Of a stretch of DNA of 64,000 nt, positions 50,201 to 64,000 are shown one piece after another. Position numbers and translations under genes: made by a program. This DNA is from Mobula hypostoma. Its lineage: Eukaryota. The stretch covers positions 28,212,001 through 28,276,000 of the forward strand of contig NC_086097.1 in assembly GCF_963921235.1 (NCBI RefSeq). The letters run 5' to 3'. Each line of letters opens with the position of its first letter. Position 1 is the first letter of the stretch. Below the pieces are notes generated by a model that worked only from the letters and a program-made list of their open reading frames with translations, was not told the origin of the DNA and ran no database searches.

Positions 50201-53200
50201 CCTCCTCCCATCTCCAACCCTCCGCCCATCTCCAACCCTCCTCCCCTCAAACCTTCAACCCCTCCAACCCTCCTCCCGTCTCCACCCTCCTACCGTCTCC
50301 ACCGTCCTCCTGTCTTCACCCTCCTCCCGTCTCCAACCTCCACCCGTCTCCAACCTACTCCTGTCTCCAACCTCCTCCCAGCTCCAACCCTCCTCCCAGC
50401 TCCAACCCTTCTCCCCTCCAACCCTCCTCCCATCTCCAACCCTCCTCCCGTCTCCAACCCTCCTCCCATCTCTAATCCTCCTTGTCTCCAACCCTCCTCC
50501 CATCTCCAACCCTCCTCCCCTCCAACCCTTCTCCCAGCTCCAACCCTCCTCCCCAACCCTCTTCCCATCTCCAACCCTCCTCCCATCTCCAACCCTCCTC
50601 CGATCTCCGACACTTCTCCCATCTCCAACTCTACTCCCATCTCCAACCCTCCTCGTGTCTCCAACCCTCCTCGTGTCTCCAACCCTCCTCCCGTCTCCAA
50701 CCCTCCTCCCATCTCTAACCCTCCTCGTCTCCAACCCTCCTCCCATCTCCAACCCTCCTCTCTTCCAACCCTTCTCCCAGCTCCAACCCTCCTCCCATCT
50801 CCAACCCTCCTCCCCTCCAACCTTCAACCCCTCCAACCCTTCTCCCCTCTAACCCTGCACCCCTCCATCCTCCTCCCATCTCCAACCCTCCGCCCATCTC
50901 CAACCCTCCTCCCCTCAAACCTTCAACCCCTCCAACCCTCCTCCCGTCTCCACCCTCCTACCGTCTCCACCGTCCTCCTGTCTTCACCCTCCTCCCGTCT
51001 CCAACCTCCACCCGTCTCCAACCTACTCCTGTCTCCAACCTCCTCCCAGCTCCAACCCTCCTCCCAGCTCCAACCCTTCTCCCCTCCAACCCTCCTCTCA
51101 TCTCCAACCCTCCTCCCGTCTCCAACCCTCCTCCCGTCTCCAACCCTCCTCCCCTCCAAACCTCCTCCCCTCCAGCCCTCCACCTCTCCAAACATCCACC
51201 CCTCCCAACCTCCTCCCATCTCCAACCCTCTTCCCATCTCCATCCTCCTCCCAGCTCCAACACTCCTCCCGTCTCCAACCCTCCTCCCGTCTCCAACCCT
51301 TCTCCCTTCTCCAACCCTCCTCCCGTCTCCAACCCTCACCCCATCTCTAACCCTCCTCGTCTCCAACCCTCCTCCCATCTCCAACCCTCCTCCCCTCCAA
51401 CCCTTCTCCCAGCTCCAACCCTCCTCCCATCTCCAACCCTCCTCTCCTCCAACATTCAACCCCTCCAACCCTCCTCCCCTCTAACCCTGCACCCCTCCAA
51501 CCTCCTCCCAGTTACAACCCTCCTCGTCTCCAACCCTCCTCCCATCTCCAACCCTCCTCTCATCTCCAACCCTCCTCCCGTCTCCAACCTTCCTCCCATC
51601 TCCAACCCTCCTCCCATCTCCAACCCACCTCCCCTCCAAACCTCCTCCCCTCAAACCTTCAACCCCTCCAATCCTCCTCCCATCTCCAACCCTCCTCCCG
51701 TCTCCACCATCCTCCCGTCTCCACCCTCCGCCCGTCTTCACCCTCCTCCCATCTCCAACCTCCACCCGTCTCCAACCTACTCCTGTCTCCAACCTCCTCC
51801 CAGCTCCAACCCTCCTCCCAGCTGCAACCCTTCTCCCCTCCAACCCTCCTCTCATCTCCAACCCTCCTCCCGTCTCCAACCCTCCTCCCGTCTCCAACCT
51901 TCCTCCCATCTCCAATCCTCCTCCCCTCCAACCCCTCCAACCCTCCTCCCATCTCCAACCCTCCTCCCGTCTCCAACCCTCCTCCCCTCCAACACCCCTC
52001 CCCTCCAACCCTCCACCTCCCCAAACCTCCACCCCTCCAAACCTCCTCCCATCTCCAACCCTCTTCCATCTCCATCCTCCTCCCAGCTCCAACACTCCTC
52101 TCATCTCTAACCCTCCTCGTCTCCAACCCTCCTCCCATCTCCAACCCTCCTCCGATCTCCAACACTTCACCCGTCTCCAACTCTACTCCCATCTCCAACC
52201 CTCCTCCCATCTCCAACCCTCCTCCCGTCTCCAACCCTCCTCCCGTCTCCAACCCTTCTCCTGTCTCCAACCCTCCTCCCGTCTCCACCCTCCTCCCGTC
52301 TCCACCCTCCTCCCGTCTTCACCCTCCTCCCGTCTCCAACCTCCACCCGTCTCCAACCTACTCCTGTCTCCAACCTCCTCCCAGCTCCAACCCTCCTCCC
52401 AGCTCCAAACCTTCTCCCCTCCAACCCTCCTCTCATCTCCAACCCTCCTCCCGTCTCCAACCTTGCTCCCGTCTCCAACCTTCCTCCCATCTCCAACCCT
52501 CCTCCCCTCCACCCCTCCAACACTCCTCCCGTCTCCAACCCTCCTCCCCTCCAAACCTCCTCCCCTCCAACCCTCCACCTCTCCAAACCTCCACCCCTCC
52601 AAACATCCTCCCATCTCCAACCCTCTTCCCATCTCCATCCTCCTCCCAGCTCCAACACTCCTCCCGTCTCCAACCCTCCTCCCATCTCCAACCCTTCTCC
52701 CGTCTCCAACCCTCCTCCCGTCTCCAACCCTCCTCCCATCTCTAACCCTCCTCGTCTCCAACCCTCCTCCCATCTCCAACCCTCCTCCGATCTCCAACAC
52801 TTCTCCCGTCTCCAACCCTCACCCCATCTCTAACCCTCCTCGTCTCCAACCCTCCTCCCATCTCCAACCCTCCTCCCCTCCAACCCTTCTCCCAGCTCCA
52901 ACCCTTCTGCCAGCTCCAACCCTCCTGCCAGATCCAACCCTTCTCCCTTCCAACCCTCCTCTCATCTCCAACCCTCCTCCCGTCTCCAACCTTCCTCCCA
53001 TCTCCAACCCTCCTCCCATCTCCAACCCTCCTCCCCTCCAAACCTCCTCCCCTCAAACCTTCAACCCCTCCAACCCTCCTCCCATCTCCAACCCTCCTCC
53101 CGTCTCCACCCTCCTCCCGTCTCCACCCTCCTCCCGTCTTCACCCTCCTCCCATCTCCAACCTCCACCCGTCTGCAACCTACTCCTGTCTCCAACCTCCT

Positions 53201-56200
53201 CCCAGCTCCAACCCTCCTCCCAGCTCCAACCCTTCTCCCCTCCAACCCTCCTCTCATCTCCAACCCTCCTCCCGTCTCCAACCCTCCTCCCGTCTCCAAC
53301 CTTCCTCCCATCTCCAACCCTCCTCCCCTCCAAACCTCCTCCCCTCCAACCCCTCCAACCCTCCTCCCATCTCCAACCCTCCTCCCGTCTCCAACCCTCC
53401 TCCCTCTCCAACCCTCCTCCCCTCCAACCCTCCTCCCAGCTCCAACCCTTCTCCCCTCCAACCCTCCTCTCATCTCCAACCCTCCTCCCGAACCCACCAC
53501 CTCTCCAAACCTCCACCCCTCCAAACCTCCTCCCATCTCCAACCCTCTTCCCATCTCCATCCTCCTCCCAGCTCCAACACTCCTCCCATCTCCAACCCTC
53601 CTCCCGTCTCCAACCCTTCTCCCGTCTCCAACCCTCCTCCCGTCTCCAACCCTCCTCCCATCTCTAACCCTCCTCGTCTCCAACCCTCCTCCCATCTCCA
53701 ACCCTCCTCCGATCTCCAACACTTCTCCCGTCTCCAACTCTACTCCCATCTCCAACCCTCCTCCCATCTCCAACCCTGCTCCCGTCTCCAACCCTCCTCC
53801 CATCTCTAACCCTCCTCGTCTCCAACCCTCCTCCCAGCTCCAACCCTTCTCCCCTCCAACCCTCCTCTCATCTCCAACCCTCCTCCCGTCTCCAAACCTC
53901 CTCCCGTCTCCAACCTTGCTCCCGTCTCCAACCTTCCTCCCATCTCCAACCCTCCTCCCATCTCCAACCCTCTTCCCATCTCCATCCTCCTCCCAGCTCC
54001 AACACTCCTCCCGTCTCCAACCCTCCTCCCGTCTCCAACCCTTCTCCCGTCTCCAACCCTCCTCCCGTCTCCAACCCTCCTCCCATCTCTAACCCTCCTC
54101 GTCTCCAACCCTCCTCCCATCTCCAACCCTCCTCCGATCTCCAACACTTCTCCCGTCTCCAACCCTCACCCCATCTCTAACCCTCCTCGTCTCCAACCCT
54201 CCTCCCATCTCCAACCCTCCTCCCATCTCCAACCCTCCTCCCGTCTCCAACCCTCCTCCCATCTCTAATCCTCCTTGTCTCCAACCCTCCTCCCATCGCC
54301 AACCCTCCTCCCCTCCAACCCTTCTCCCAGCTCCAACCCTCCTCCCCAACCCTCTTCCCATCTCCAACCCTCCTCCCATCTCCAACCCTCCTCCGATCTC
54401 CGACACTTCTCCCATCTCCAACTCCACTCCCATCTCCAACCCTCCTCGTGTCTCCAACCCTCCTCGTGTCTCCAACCCTCCTCCCGTCTCCAACCCTCCT
54501 CCCATCTCTAACCCTCCTCGTCTCCAACCCTCCTCCCATCTTCAACCCTCCTCCCCTCCAACCCTTCTCCCAGCTCCAACCCTCCTCCCATCTCCAACCC
54601 TCCTCCCCTCCAACCTTCTACCCCTCCAACCCTTCTCCCCTCTAACCCTGCACCCCTCCATCCTCCTCCCATCTCCAACCCTCCGCCCATCTCCAACCCT
54701 CCTCCCCTCAAACCTTCAACCCCTCCAACCCTCCTCCCGTCTCCACCCTCCTACCGTCTCCACCGTCCTCCTGTCTTCACCCTCCTCCCGTCTCCAACCT
54801 CCACCCGTCTCCAACCTACTCCTGTCTCCAACCTCCTCCCAGCTCCAACCCTCCTCCCAGCTCCAACCCTTCTCCCCTCCAACCCTCCTCTCATCTCCAA
54901 ACCTCCTCCCGTCTCCAACCCTCCTCCCGTCTCCAACCCTCCTCCCCTCCAAACCTCCTCCCCTCCAGCCCTCCACCTCTCCAAACCTCCACCCCTCCCA
55001 ACCTCCTCCCATCTCCAACCCTCTTCACATCTCCATCCTCCTCCCAGCTCCAACACTCCTCCCGTCTCCAACCCTCCTCCCGTCTCCAACCCTTCTCCCT
55101 TCTCCAACCCTCCTCCCGTCTCCAAACCTCCTCCCATCTCTAACCCTCCTCGTCTCCAACCCTCCTCCCATCTCCAACCCTCCTCCGATCTCCAACACTT
55201 CTCCCGTCTCCAACCCTCACCCCATCTCTAACCCTCCTCGTCTCCAACCCTCCTCCCATCTCCAACCCTCCTCACCTCCAACCCTTCTCCCAGCTCCAAC
55301 CCTCCTCCCATCTCCAACCCTCCTCTCCTCCAACATTCAACCCCTCCAACTCTCCTCCCCTCTAACCCTGCACCCCTCCAACCTCCTCCCAGTTCCAACC
55401 CTCCTCGTCTCCAACCCTCCTCCCATCTCCAACCCTCCTCTCATCTCCAACCCTCCTCCCGTCTCCAACCTTCCTCCCATCTCCAACCCTCCTCCCATCT
55501 CCAACCCACCTCCCCTCCAAACCTCCTCCCCTCAAACCTTCAACCCCTCCAACCCTCCTCCCATCTCCAACCCTCCTCCCGTCTCCACCCTCCTCCCGCT
55601 CCACCCTCCTCCCGTCTTCACCCTCCTCCCATCTCCAACCTCCACCCGTCTCCAACCTACTCCTGTCTCCAACCTCCTCCCAGCTCCAACCCTCCTCCCA
55701 GCTCCAACCCTTCTCCCCTCCAACCCTCCTCTCATCTCCAACCCTCCTCCCGTCTCCAACCCTCCTCCCGTCTCCAACCTTCCTCCCATCTCCAATCCTC
55801 CTCCCCTCCAACCCCTCCAACCCTCCTCCCATCTCCAACCCTCCTCCCATCTCCAACCCTCCTCCCCTCCAACACCCCTCCCCTCCAACCCTCCACCTCC
55901 CCAAACCTCCACCCCTCCAAACCTCCTCCCATCTCCAACCCTCTTCCATCTCCATCCTCCTCCCAGCTCCAACACTCCTCCCATCTCTAACCCTCCTCGT
56001 CTCCAACCCTCCTCCCATCTCCAACCCTCCTCCGATCTCCAACACTTCACCCGTCTCCAACTCTACTCCCATCTCCAACCCTCCTCCCATCTCCAACCCT
56101 CCTCCCGTCTCCAACCCTCCTCCCATCTCTAACCCTCCTCGTCTCCAAACCTCCTCCCATCTCCAACCCTCCTCCCCTCCAACCCTCCTCCCAGCTCCAA

Positions 56201-59200
56201 CCCTTCTCCCCTCCAACCCTCCTCTCATCTCCAACCCTCCTCCCGTCTCCAACCCTCCTCCAGTCTCCAACCTTCCTCCCATCTCCAACCCTCCTCCCCT
56301 CCAAACCTCCTCCCCTCCAACCCCTCCAACCCTCCTCCCATCTCCAACCCTCCTCCCGTCAACCCTCCTCCCGTCTGCAACCCTCCTCCCCTCCAAACCT
56401 CCTCCCCTCCAACCCTCCACCTCTCCAAACCTCCACCCCTCCAAACCTCCTCCCATCTCCAACCCTCTTCCCATCTCCATCCTCCTCCCAGCTCCAACAC
56501 TCCTCCCATCTCCAACCCTCCCTCCGTCTCCAACCCTCCTCCCATCTCTAACCCTCCTCGTCTCCAACCCTCCTCCCATCTCCAACCTTCTCCGATCTCC
56601 AACACTTCTCCCGTCTCCAACTCTACTCCCATCTCCAGCCCTCCTCCCATGTCCAACCCTCCTCCCATCTCTAACCCTCCTCCCCTCCAACCCTTCTCCC
56701 AGCTCCAACCCTCCTCCCCAACCCTCCTCCCATCTCCAACCCTCCTCCCCTCCAACCTTCAACCCCTCCAACCCTCCTCCTCTCTAACCCTGCACCCCTC
56801 CATCCTCCTCCCATCTCCAACCCTCCGCCCAGCTCCAACCCTCCTCCCCTCAAACCTTCAACCCCTCCAACCCTCCTCCCATCTCCAACCCTCCTCCCGT
56901 CTTCACCCTCCTCCCATCTCCAACCTCCACCCGTCTCCAACCTACTCCTGTCTCCAACCTCCTCCCAGCTCCAACCCTCCTCCCAGTTAAAACCCTTCTC
57001 CCCTCCAACCCTCCTCTCATCTCCAACCCTCCTCCCGTCTCCAACCCTCCTCCCGTCTCCAACTTTCCTCCCATCTCCAACCCTCCTCCCGTCTCCAACC
57101 CTCCTCCTGTCCAAACCTTCTCCCCTCCAACCCTCCTCCCGTCTCCAACCCTCCTCCAGTCTCCAACCTTCCTCCCGTCAACCCTCCTCCAGTCTCCAAC
57201 CCTCCTCTCCTCCAAACCTCAACCCCTCCAACCCTCCTGCCATCTCCAACCCTCTTCCCATCTCCATCCTCCTCCCAGCTCCAACACTTCTCCCATCTCC
57301 AACACTTCTCCCATCTCCAACACTCCTCCCATCTCCAACACTTCTCCCATCTCCAACTCTTCTCCCATCTCCAACTCTTCTCCCAACTCCAACCCTCCTC
57401 CCGTCTCCACCCTCCTCCCGTCTTCACCCTCCTCCCATCTCCAACCTCCACCCGTCTCCAACCTACTCCTGTCTCCAACCTCCTCCCAGCTCCAACCCTC
57501 CTCCCAGTTAAAACCCTTCTCCCCTCCAACCCTCCTCTCATCTCCAACCCTCCTCCCGTCTCCAACCCTCCTCCCGTCTCCAACTTTCCTCCCATCTCCA
57601 ACCCTCCTCCCGTCTCCAACCCTCCTCCAGTCTCCAACCTTCCTCCCGTCAACCCTCCTCCAGTCTCCAACACTCCTCTCCTCCAAACCTCCACCCCTCC
57701 AACCCTCCTCCCATCTCCAACCCTCTTCCCATCTCCATCCTCCTCCCAGCTCCAACACTTCTCCCATCTCCAACACTTCTCCCATCTCCAACACTCCTCC
57801 CATCTCCAACACTTCTCCCATCTCCAACTCTTCTCCCATCTCCAACTCTTCTCCCATCTCCAACCCTCCTCCCGTCTCCAACCCTCCTCTTGTCCCCAAC
57901 CCCCCTCTCAGCTCCAACCCTCCTCGCCTACAACGCTCCTCCCATCTCCAACTTCCTAGCCTCCAACCCTCCTCCCATCTCCAACCCTCCTCCCGTCTCC
58001 AACCCTCCTCCTGTCTCCAACTCTCCTCCCATCTCTAACCCTCCTCGTCTCCAACACTCCTCGTCTCCATCCCTCCTCCCATCTCCAACCCTCCTCCCCT
58101 CCAACCCTCCTCCCCAACCCTCCTCCCATCTACAACCCTCCTCCCCTCCAACCTTCAACCCCTCCAACCCTCCTCCCCTCCAACCCTGCACCCCTCTATC
58201 CTCCTCCCATCTCCAACCCTCCTCCCGTCCCCAACCCTCCTCCCATCTCTAACCCTCCTCGTCTCCAACCCTCCTCCCATCTTCAACCCTCCTCCGATCT
58301 CCAACACTTCTCCCGTCTCCAACTCTACTCCCATCTCCAACCCTCCTCCCATCTCCAACGCTCCTCCCGTCTCCAACCCTCCTCCCATCTCTAACCCTCC
58401 TCGTCTCCAACCCTCCTCCCATCTCCAACCCTCCTCCCCTCCAACCCTTCTCCCAGCTCCAACCCTCCTCCAAACTCTAACCCTCCTCGTCTCCAACCCT
58501 CCACCCATCTCCAACCCTCCTCCGATCTCCAACACTTCTCCCGTCTCCAACTCTACTCCCATCTCCAACCCTCCTCCCATCTCCAACCCTCCTCCCGTCT
58601 CCAACCCTCCTCCCATCTCTAACCCTCCTCGTCTCCAACCCTCCTCCCATCTCCAACCCTCCTCCCCTCCAACCCTTCTCCCAGCTCCAACCCTCCTCCC
58701 ATCTCTAACCCTCCTCGTCTCCAAACCTCCTCCCATCTCCTACCCTCCTCCGATCTCCAACACTTCTCCCGTCTCCTACTCTACTCCCATCTCCAACCCT
58801 CCTCGTGTCTCCAACCCTCCTCCCGTCTCCAACCCTCCTCCCATCTCCAACTCTCCTCCCCTCCAACCCTTCTCCCAGCTCCAACTCTACTCCCATCTCC
58901 AACCCTCCTCGTGTTTCCAACCCTCCTCCCGTCTCCAACCCTCCTCCCATCTCTAAACCTCCTCGTCTCCAACACTCCTCGTCTCCATCCCTCCTCCCAT
59001 CTCCAACCCTCCTCCCGTCTCCAACCCTCCTCCTGTCTCCAACTCTCCTCCCATCTCTAACCCTCCTCGTCTCCAACACTCCTCGTCTCCATCCCTCCTC
59101 CCATCTCCAACCCTCCTCCCCTCCAACCCTCCTCCCCAACCCTCCTCCCATCTACAACCCTCCTCCCCTCCAACTTTCAACCCCTCCAACCCTCCTCCCC

Positions 59201-62200
59201 TCTAACCCTGCACCCCTCTATCCTCCTCCCATCTCCAACCCTCCTCCCGTCCCCAACCCTCCTCCCATCTATAACCCTCCTCGTCTCCAACCCTCCTCCC
59301 ATCTTCAACCCTCCTCCTATCTCCAACACTTCTTCCGTCTCCAACTCTACTCCCATCTCCAACCCTCCTCCCATCTCCAACGCTCCTCCCGTCTCCAACC
59401 CTCCTCCCATCTCTAACCCTCCTCGTCTCCAACCCTCCTCCCATCTCCAACCCTCCTCCCCTCCAACCCTTCTCCCCGCTCCAACCCTCCTCCCAACTCT
59501 AACCCTCCTCGTCTCCAACCCTCCACCCATCTCCAACCCTCCTCCGATCTCCAACACTTCTCCCGTCTCCAACTCTACTCCCATCTCCAACCCTCCTCGT
59601 GTCTCCAACCCTCCTCCCGTCTCCAACCCTCCTCCCATCTCCAACCCTCCTCCCCTCCAACCCTTCTCCCAGCTCCAACCCTACTCCCATCTCCAACCCT
59701 CCTCCCCTCCAACCTTCAACCCCTCCAACCCTCCTCCCCTCTAACCCTGCACCCGTCCATCCTCCTCCCATCTCCAACCCTCCGCCCATCTCCAACCCTC
59801 CTCCCCTCAAACCTTCAACCCCTCCAACCCTCCTCCCATCTCCAACCCTCCTCCCGTCTCCACCCTCCTCCCGTCTTCACCCTCCTCCCATCTCCAACCT
59901 CCACCCGTCTCCAACCTACTCCTGTCTCCAACCTCTTCCCAGCTCCAACCCTCCTCCCAGCTCCAACCCTTCTCCCCTCCAACCCTCCTCTCATCTCCAA
60001 CCCTCCTCCCGTCTCCAACCCTCCTCCCGTCTCCAACTTTCCTCCCATCTCCAACCCTCCTCCCGTCTCCAACCCTCCTCCTGTCCAAACCTTCTCATCT
60101 CCAACCCTCCTCCCGTCTCCAACCCTCCTCCAGTCTCCAACCTTCCTCCCGTCAACCCTCATCCAGTCTCCAACCCTCCTCTCCTCCAAACCACCACCCC
60201 TCCAACCCTCCTCCCATCTCCAACCCTCTTCCCATCTCCATCCTCCTCCCAGCTCCAACACTTCTCCCATCTCCAACACTTCTCCCATCTCCAACACTCC
60301 TCCCATCTCCAACACTTCTCTCATCTCCAAATCTTCTCCCATCTCCAACTCTTCTCCCATCTCCAACCCTCCTCCCGTCTCCAACCCTACTCTTGTCCCC
60401 AACCCCCCTCTCAGCTCCAACCCTCCTCGCCTACAACGCTCCTCCCATCTCCAACTTCCTAGCCTCCAACCCTCCTCCCATCTCCAACCCTCCTCCCCTC
60501 CAACTCTACTCCCATCTCCAACCCTCCTCCCGTCTCCAACCCTCCTCCTGTCTCCAACCCTCCTCCCCAACCCTCCTCCCATCTACAACCCACCTCCCCT
60601 CCAACCTTCAACCCCTCCAACCCTCCTCCCCTCTAACGCTGCACCCCTCCATCCTCCTCCCATCTCCAACCCTCCTCCCGTCTCCAACCCTCCTCCCCTC
60701 CAAACCTCCTCCCCTCCAACCCTCCACCTCTCCAAACCTCCACCCCTCCAAACTTCCTCCCATCTCCAACCCTCTTCCCATCTCCATCCTCCTCCCAGCT
60801 CCAACATTCCTCCCATCTCCAACCCTCCTCTCGTCTCCAACCCTTCTCCCGTCTCCAACCCTCCTCCCGTCTCCAACCCTCCTCGTCTCCAACCCTCCTC
60901 CCATCTCCAACCCTCCTCCGATCTCCAACACTTCTCCCGTCTCCAACTCTACTCCCATCTCCAACCCTCCTCCCGTGCCAACCCTCCTCCCATCTCTAAC
61001 CCTCCTCGTCTCCAGCCCTCCTCCCATCTCCAACCCTCCTCCCCTCCAACCCTTCTCCCAGCTCCAACCCTCCTCCCATCTCTAACCTTCCTCGTCTCCA
61101 ACCCTCCTCCCATCTCCAACCCTCCTCTGATCTCCAACACTTCTCCCGTCTCCAACTCTACTCCCATCTCCAACCCTCCACCAGTCTCCAACCCTCCTCT
61201 CCTCCAAACCTCCACCCCTCCAACCCTCCTCCCATCTCCAACCCTCTTCCCATCTCCATCCTCCTCCCAGCTCCAACACTTCTCCCATCTCCAATACTCC
61301 TCCCATCACAAACACTCCTCCCATCTCCAACACTTCTCCCATCTCCAACTCTTCTCCCATCTCCAACCCTCCTCCCGTCTCCAACCCTCCTCTTGTCCCC
61401 AACCCCCGTCTCAGCTCCAACCCTCCTCGCCTACAACGCTCCTCCCATCTCCAACCTCCTAGCCTCCAACCCTCCTCCCATCTCCAACCCTCCTCCCCTC
61501 CAACCCTTCTCCCAGCTCCAACCCTCCTCCCCAAACCTCCTCCCATCTACAACCCTCCTCCCCTCCAACCTTCAACCCCTCCAACCCTCCTCCCCTCTAA
61601 CCCTCCTCCCGTCTTCACCCTCCTCCCATCTCCAACCTCCACCCGTCTCCAACCTACTCCTGTCTCCAACATCCTCCCAGCTCCAACCCTCCTCTCAGCT
61701 CCAACCCTTCTCCCCTCCAACCCTCCTCTCATCTCCAACCCTCCTCCCGTCTCCAACCCTCCTCCCGTCTCCAACCCTCCTCCCATCTCCAACCTTCCTC
61801 CCATCTCCAACACTCCTCCCGTCAACCCTCCTCCCGTCTCCAACCCTCCTCCCCTCCAAACCTCCTCCCCTCCAAACCTCCTCCCCTCCAACCCTCCACC
61901 CCTCCAACCCTCCTCCCATCTCCAACCCTCCTCCCGTCAACCCTCCTCCCGTCTCCACCCTCCTCCTGTCTCCACCCTACTCCCGTCTTCACCCTCCTCC
62001 CATCTCCAACCTCCACCTGTCTCCAACCTACTCCTGTCTCCAACCTCCTCCCAGCTCCAACCCTCCTCCCAGCTCCAACCCTTCTCCCCTCCAACCCTCC
62101 TCTCATCTCCAACCCTCCTCCCGTCTCCAACCCTCCTCCCGTCTCCAACCTTCCTCCCATCTCCAACCCTCCTCCCCTCCAAACCTCCTCCCCTCCAACC

Positions 62201-64000
62201 CTCCACCCGTCCAACCCTCCACCCGTCCAACCCTCCTCCCATCTCCAACCCTCCTCCCATCTCCAACCCTCCTCCCGTCAACCCTCCTCCTGTCTCCAAC
62301 CCTCCTCCCCTCCAAACCTCCTCCCCTCCAAACCTCCACCCCTCCAAACCTCCTCCCATCTCCAACCCTCTTCCCATCTCCATCCTCCTCCCATCTCCAA
62401 CCCTCCTCCGATCTCCAACACTTCTCTTGTCTCCAACTCTACTCCCGTCTCCAACCCTCCTCCCGTCTCCAACCTTCCTCCCATCTCCAACCCTCCTCCC
62501 CTCCAAACCTCCTCCCCTCCAACTCTCCACCCGTCCAACCCTCCACCCGTCCAACCCTCCTCCCATCTCCAACCCTCCTCCCATCTCCAACCCTCCTCCC
62601 GTCAACCCTCCTCCTGTCTCCAACCCTCCTCCCCTCCAAACCTCCTCCCCTCCAAACCTCCACCCCTCCAAACCTCCTCCCATCTCCAACCCTCTTCCCA
62701 TCTCCATCCTCCTCCCAGCTCCAACACTCCTCCCATCTCCAACCCTCCTCCGATCTCCAACACTTCTCTTGTCTCCAACTCTACTCCCGTCTCCAACCCT
62801 CCTCCCGTCTCCAACCCTCCTCCCATCTCCAACCCTCCTCCCATCTCCAACCCTCCTCCGATCTCCAACACTTCTCCCGTCTCCAACTCTACTCCCATCT
62901 CCAACCCTCCTCCGATCTCCGACACTTCTACCGTCTCCAACTCTACTCCCATCTCCAACCCTCCTCCCATCTCCAACCCTCCTCCCGTCTCCAACCCTCC
63001 TCCCATCTCTAACCCTCCTCGTCTCCAACCGTCCTCCCATCTCCAACCCTCCTCCCCTCCAACTCTACTCCCATCTCCAACCCTCCTCCCGTCTCCAACC
63101 CTCCTCCTGTCTCCAACCCTCCTCCCATCTACAACCCACCTCCCCTCCAACCTTCAACCCCTCCAACCCTCCTCCCCTCTAACCCTGCACCCCTCCATCC
63201 TCCTCCCATCTCCAACCCTCCTCCCGTCTCCAACCCTCCTCCCGTCTCCAACCCTCCTCCCATCTCTAACCCTCCTCGTCTCCAACCGTCCTCCCATCTC
63301 CAACCCTCCTCCCCTCCAACTCTACTCCCATCTCCAACCCTCCTCCCATCTCCAACCCTCCTCCCGTCTCCAACCCTCCTCCCATCTCTAACCCTCCTCG
63401 TCTCCAACCGTCCTCCCATCTCCAACCCTCCTCCCCTCCAACTCTACTCCCATCTCCAACCCTCCTCCCGTCTCCAACCCTCCTCCTGTCTCCAACCCTC
63501 CTCCCATCTACAACCCACCTCCCCTCCAACCTTCAACCCCTCCAACCCTCCTCCCCTCTAACCCTGCACCCCTCCATCCTCCTCCCATCTCCAACCCTCC
63601 TCCCGTCTCCAACCCTCCTCCCCTCCAAACCTCCTCCCCTCCAACCCTCCACCTCTCCAAACCTCCACCCCTCCAAACCTCCTCCCATCTCCAACCCTCT
63701 TCCCATCTCCATCCTCCTCCCAGCTCCAACATTCCTCCCATCTCCAACCCTCCTCTCGTCTCCAACCCTTCTCCCGTCTCCAACCCTCCTCCCGTCTCCA
63801 ACCCTCCTCGTCTCCAACCCTCCTCCCATCTCCAACCCTCCTCCGATCTCCAACACTTCTCCCGTCTCCAACTCTACTCCCATCTCCAACCCTCCTCCCG
63901 TGCCAACCCTCCTCCCATCTCTAACCCTCCTCGTCTCCAGCCCTCCTGCCATCTCCAACCCTCCTCCCCTCCAACCCTTCTCCCAGCTCCAACCCTCCTC
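44204..64000. repeat. Large 18-bp satellite array (consensus about CCCRTCTCCAACCCTCCT), runs off the window end
   Basis: Continuous degenerate tandem units with hexapeptide periodicity (LQPSSH/SNPPPI/PTLLPS) in the translated frames. Confidence 0.98.

Noticed and set aside
44087..63958. Long Pro/Ser-rich (+) and Gly/Arg/Glu-rich (-) ORFs up to 732 aa as extensin- or mucin-like genes
   Set aside because: All frames on both strands are open because the 18-bp unit lacks stops; frames shift arbitrarily and there is no non-repetitive domain.
44204..64000. Telomere or telomeric array
   Set aside because: TAACCC occurs only as scattered single variants, never in tandem, and the C-rich strand is the wrong polarity for a right-hand chromosome end.

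Overview
Vertebrate genomic DNA, most likely an elasmobranch (shark or ray) judging by HE1/V-SINE-like, CR1, Penelope and Rex-like repeats. Bases 1668-37337 (+) carry the last ten coding exons of DGLUCY (D-glutamate cyclase, C14orf159). They join in one frame (1615 nt including the stop) and include one GC-AG intron; the 5' exons lie upstream of the window. Introns and the 3' flank are packed with retroelement and DNA-transposon relics. From about 44.2 kb to the window end lies a >19.7 kb C/T-rich 18-bp satellite, and the long Pro/Ser- or Gly/Arg-rich ORFs there are repeat artefacts. Most notable observations: (1) the satellite grows directly out of a Penelope ORF segment; (2) two smaller minisatellites were likewise born inside a CR1 and a SINE; (3) Penelope tails carry minimal hammerhead-ribozyme motifs, with an intact one at 42730-42767; (4) a decayed duplicate of a DGLUCY exon end retains its donor; (5) there is a duplication-inversion template-switch scar at 40.6-42.0 kb. 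I found no convincing novel protein-coding system. Repeat family names come from motif recognition, not database searches, and many repeat boundaries are approximate.
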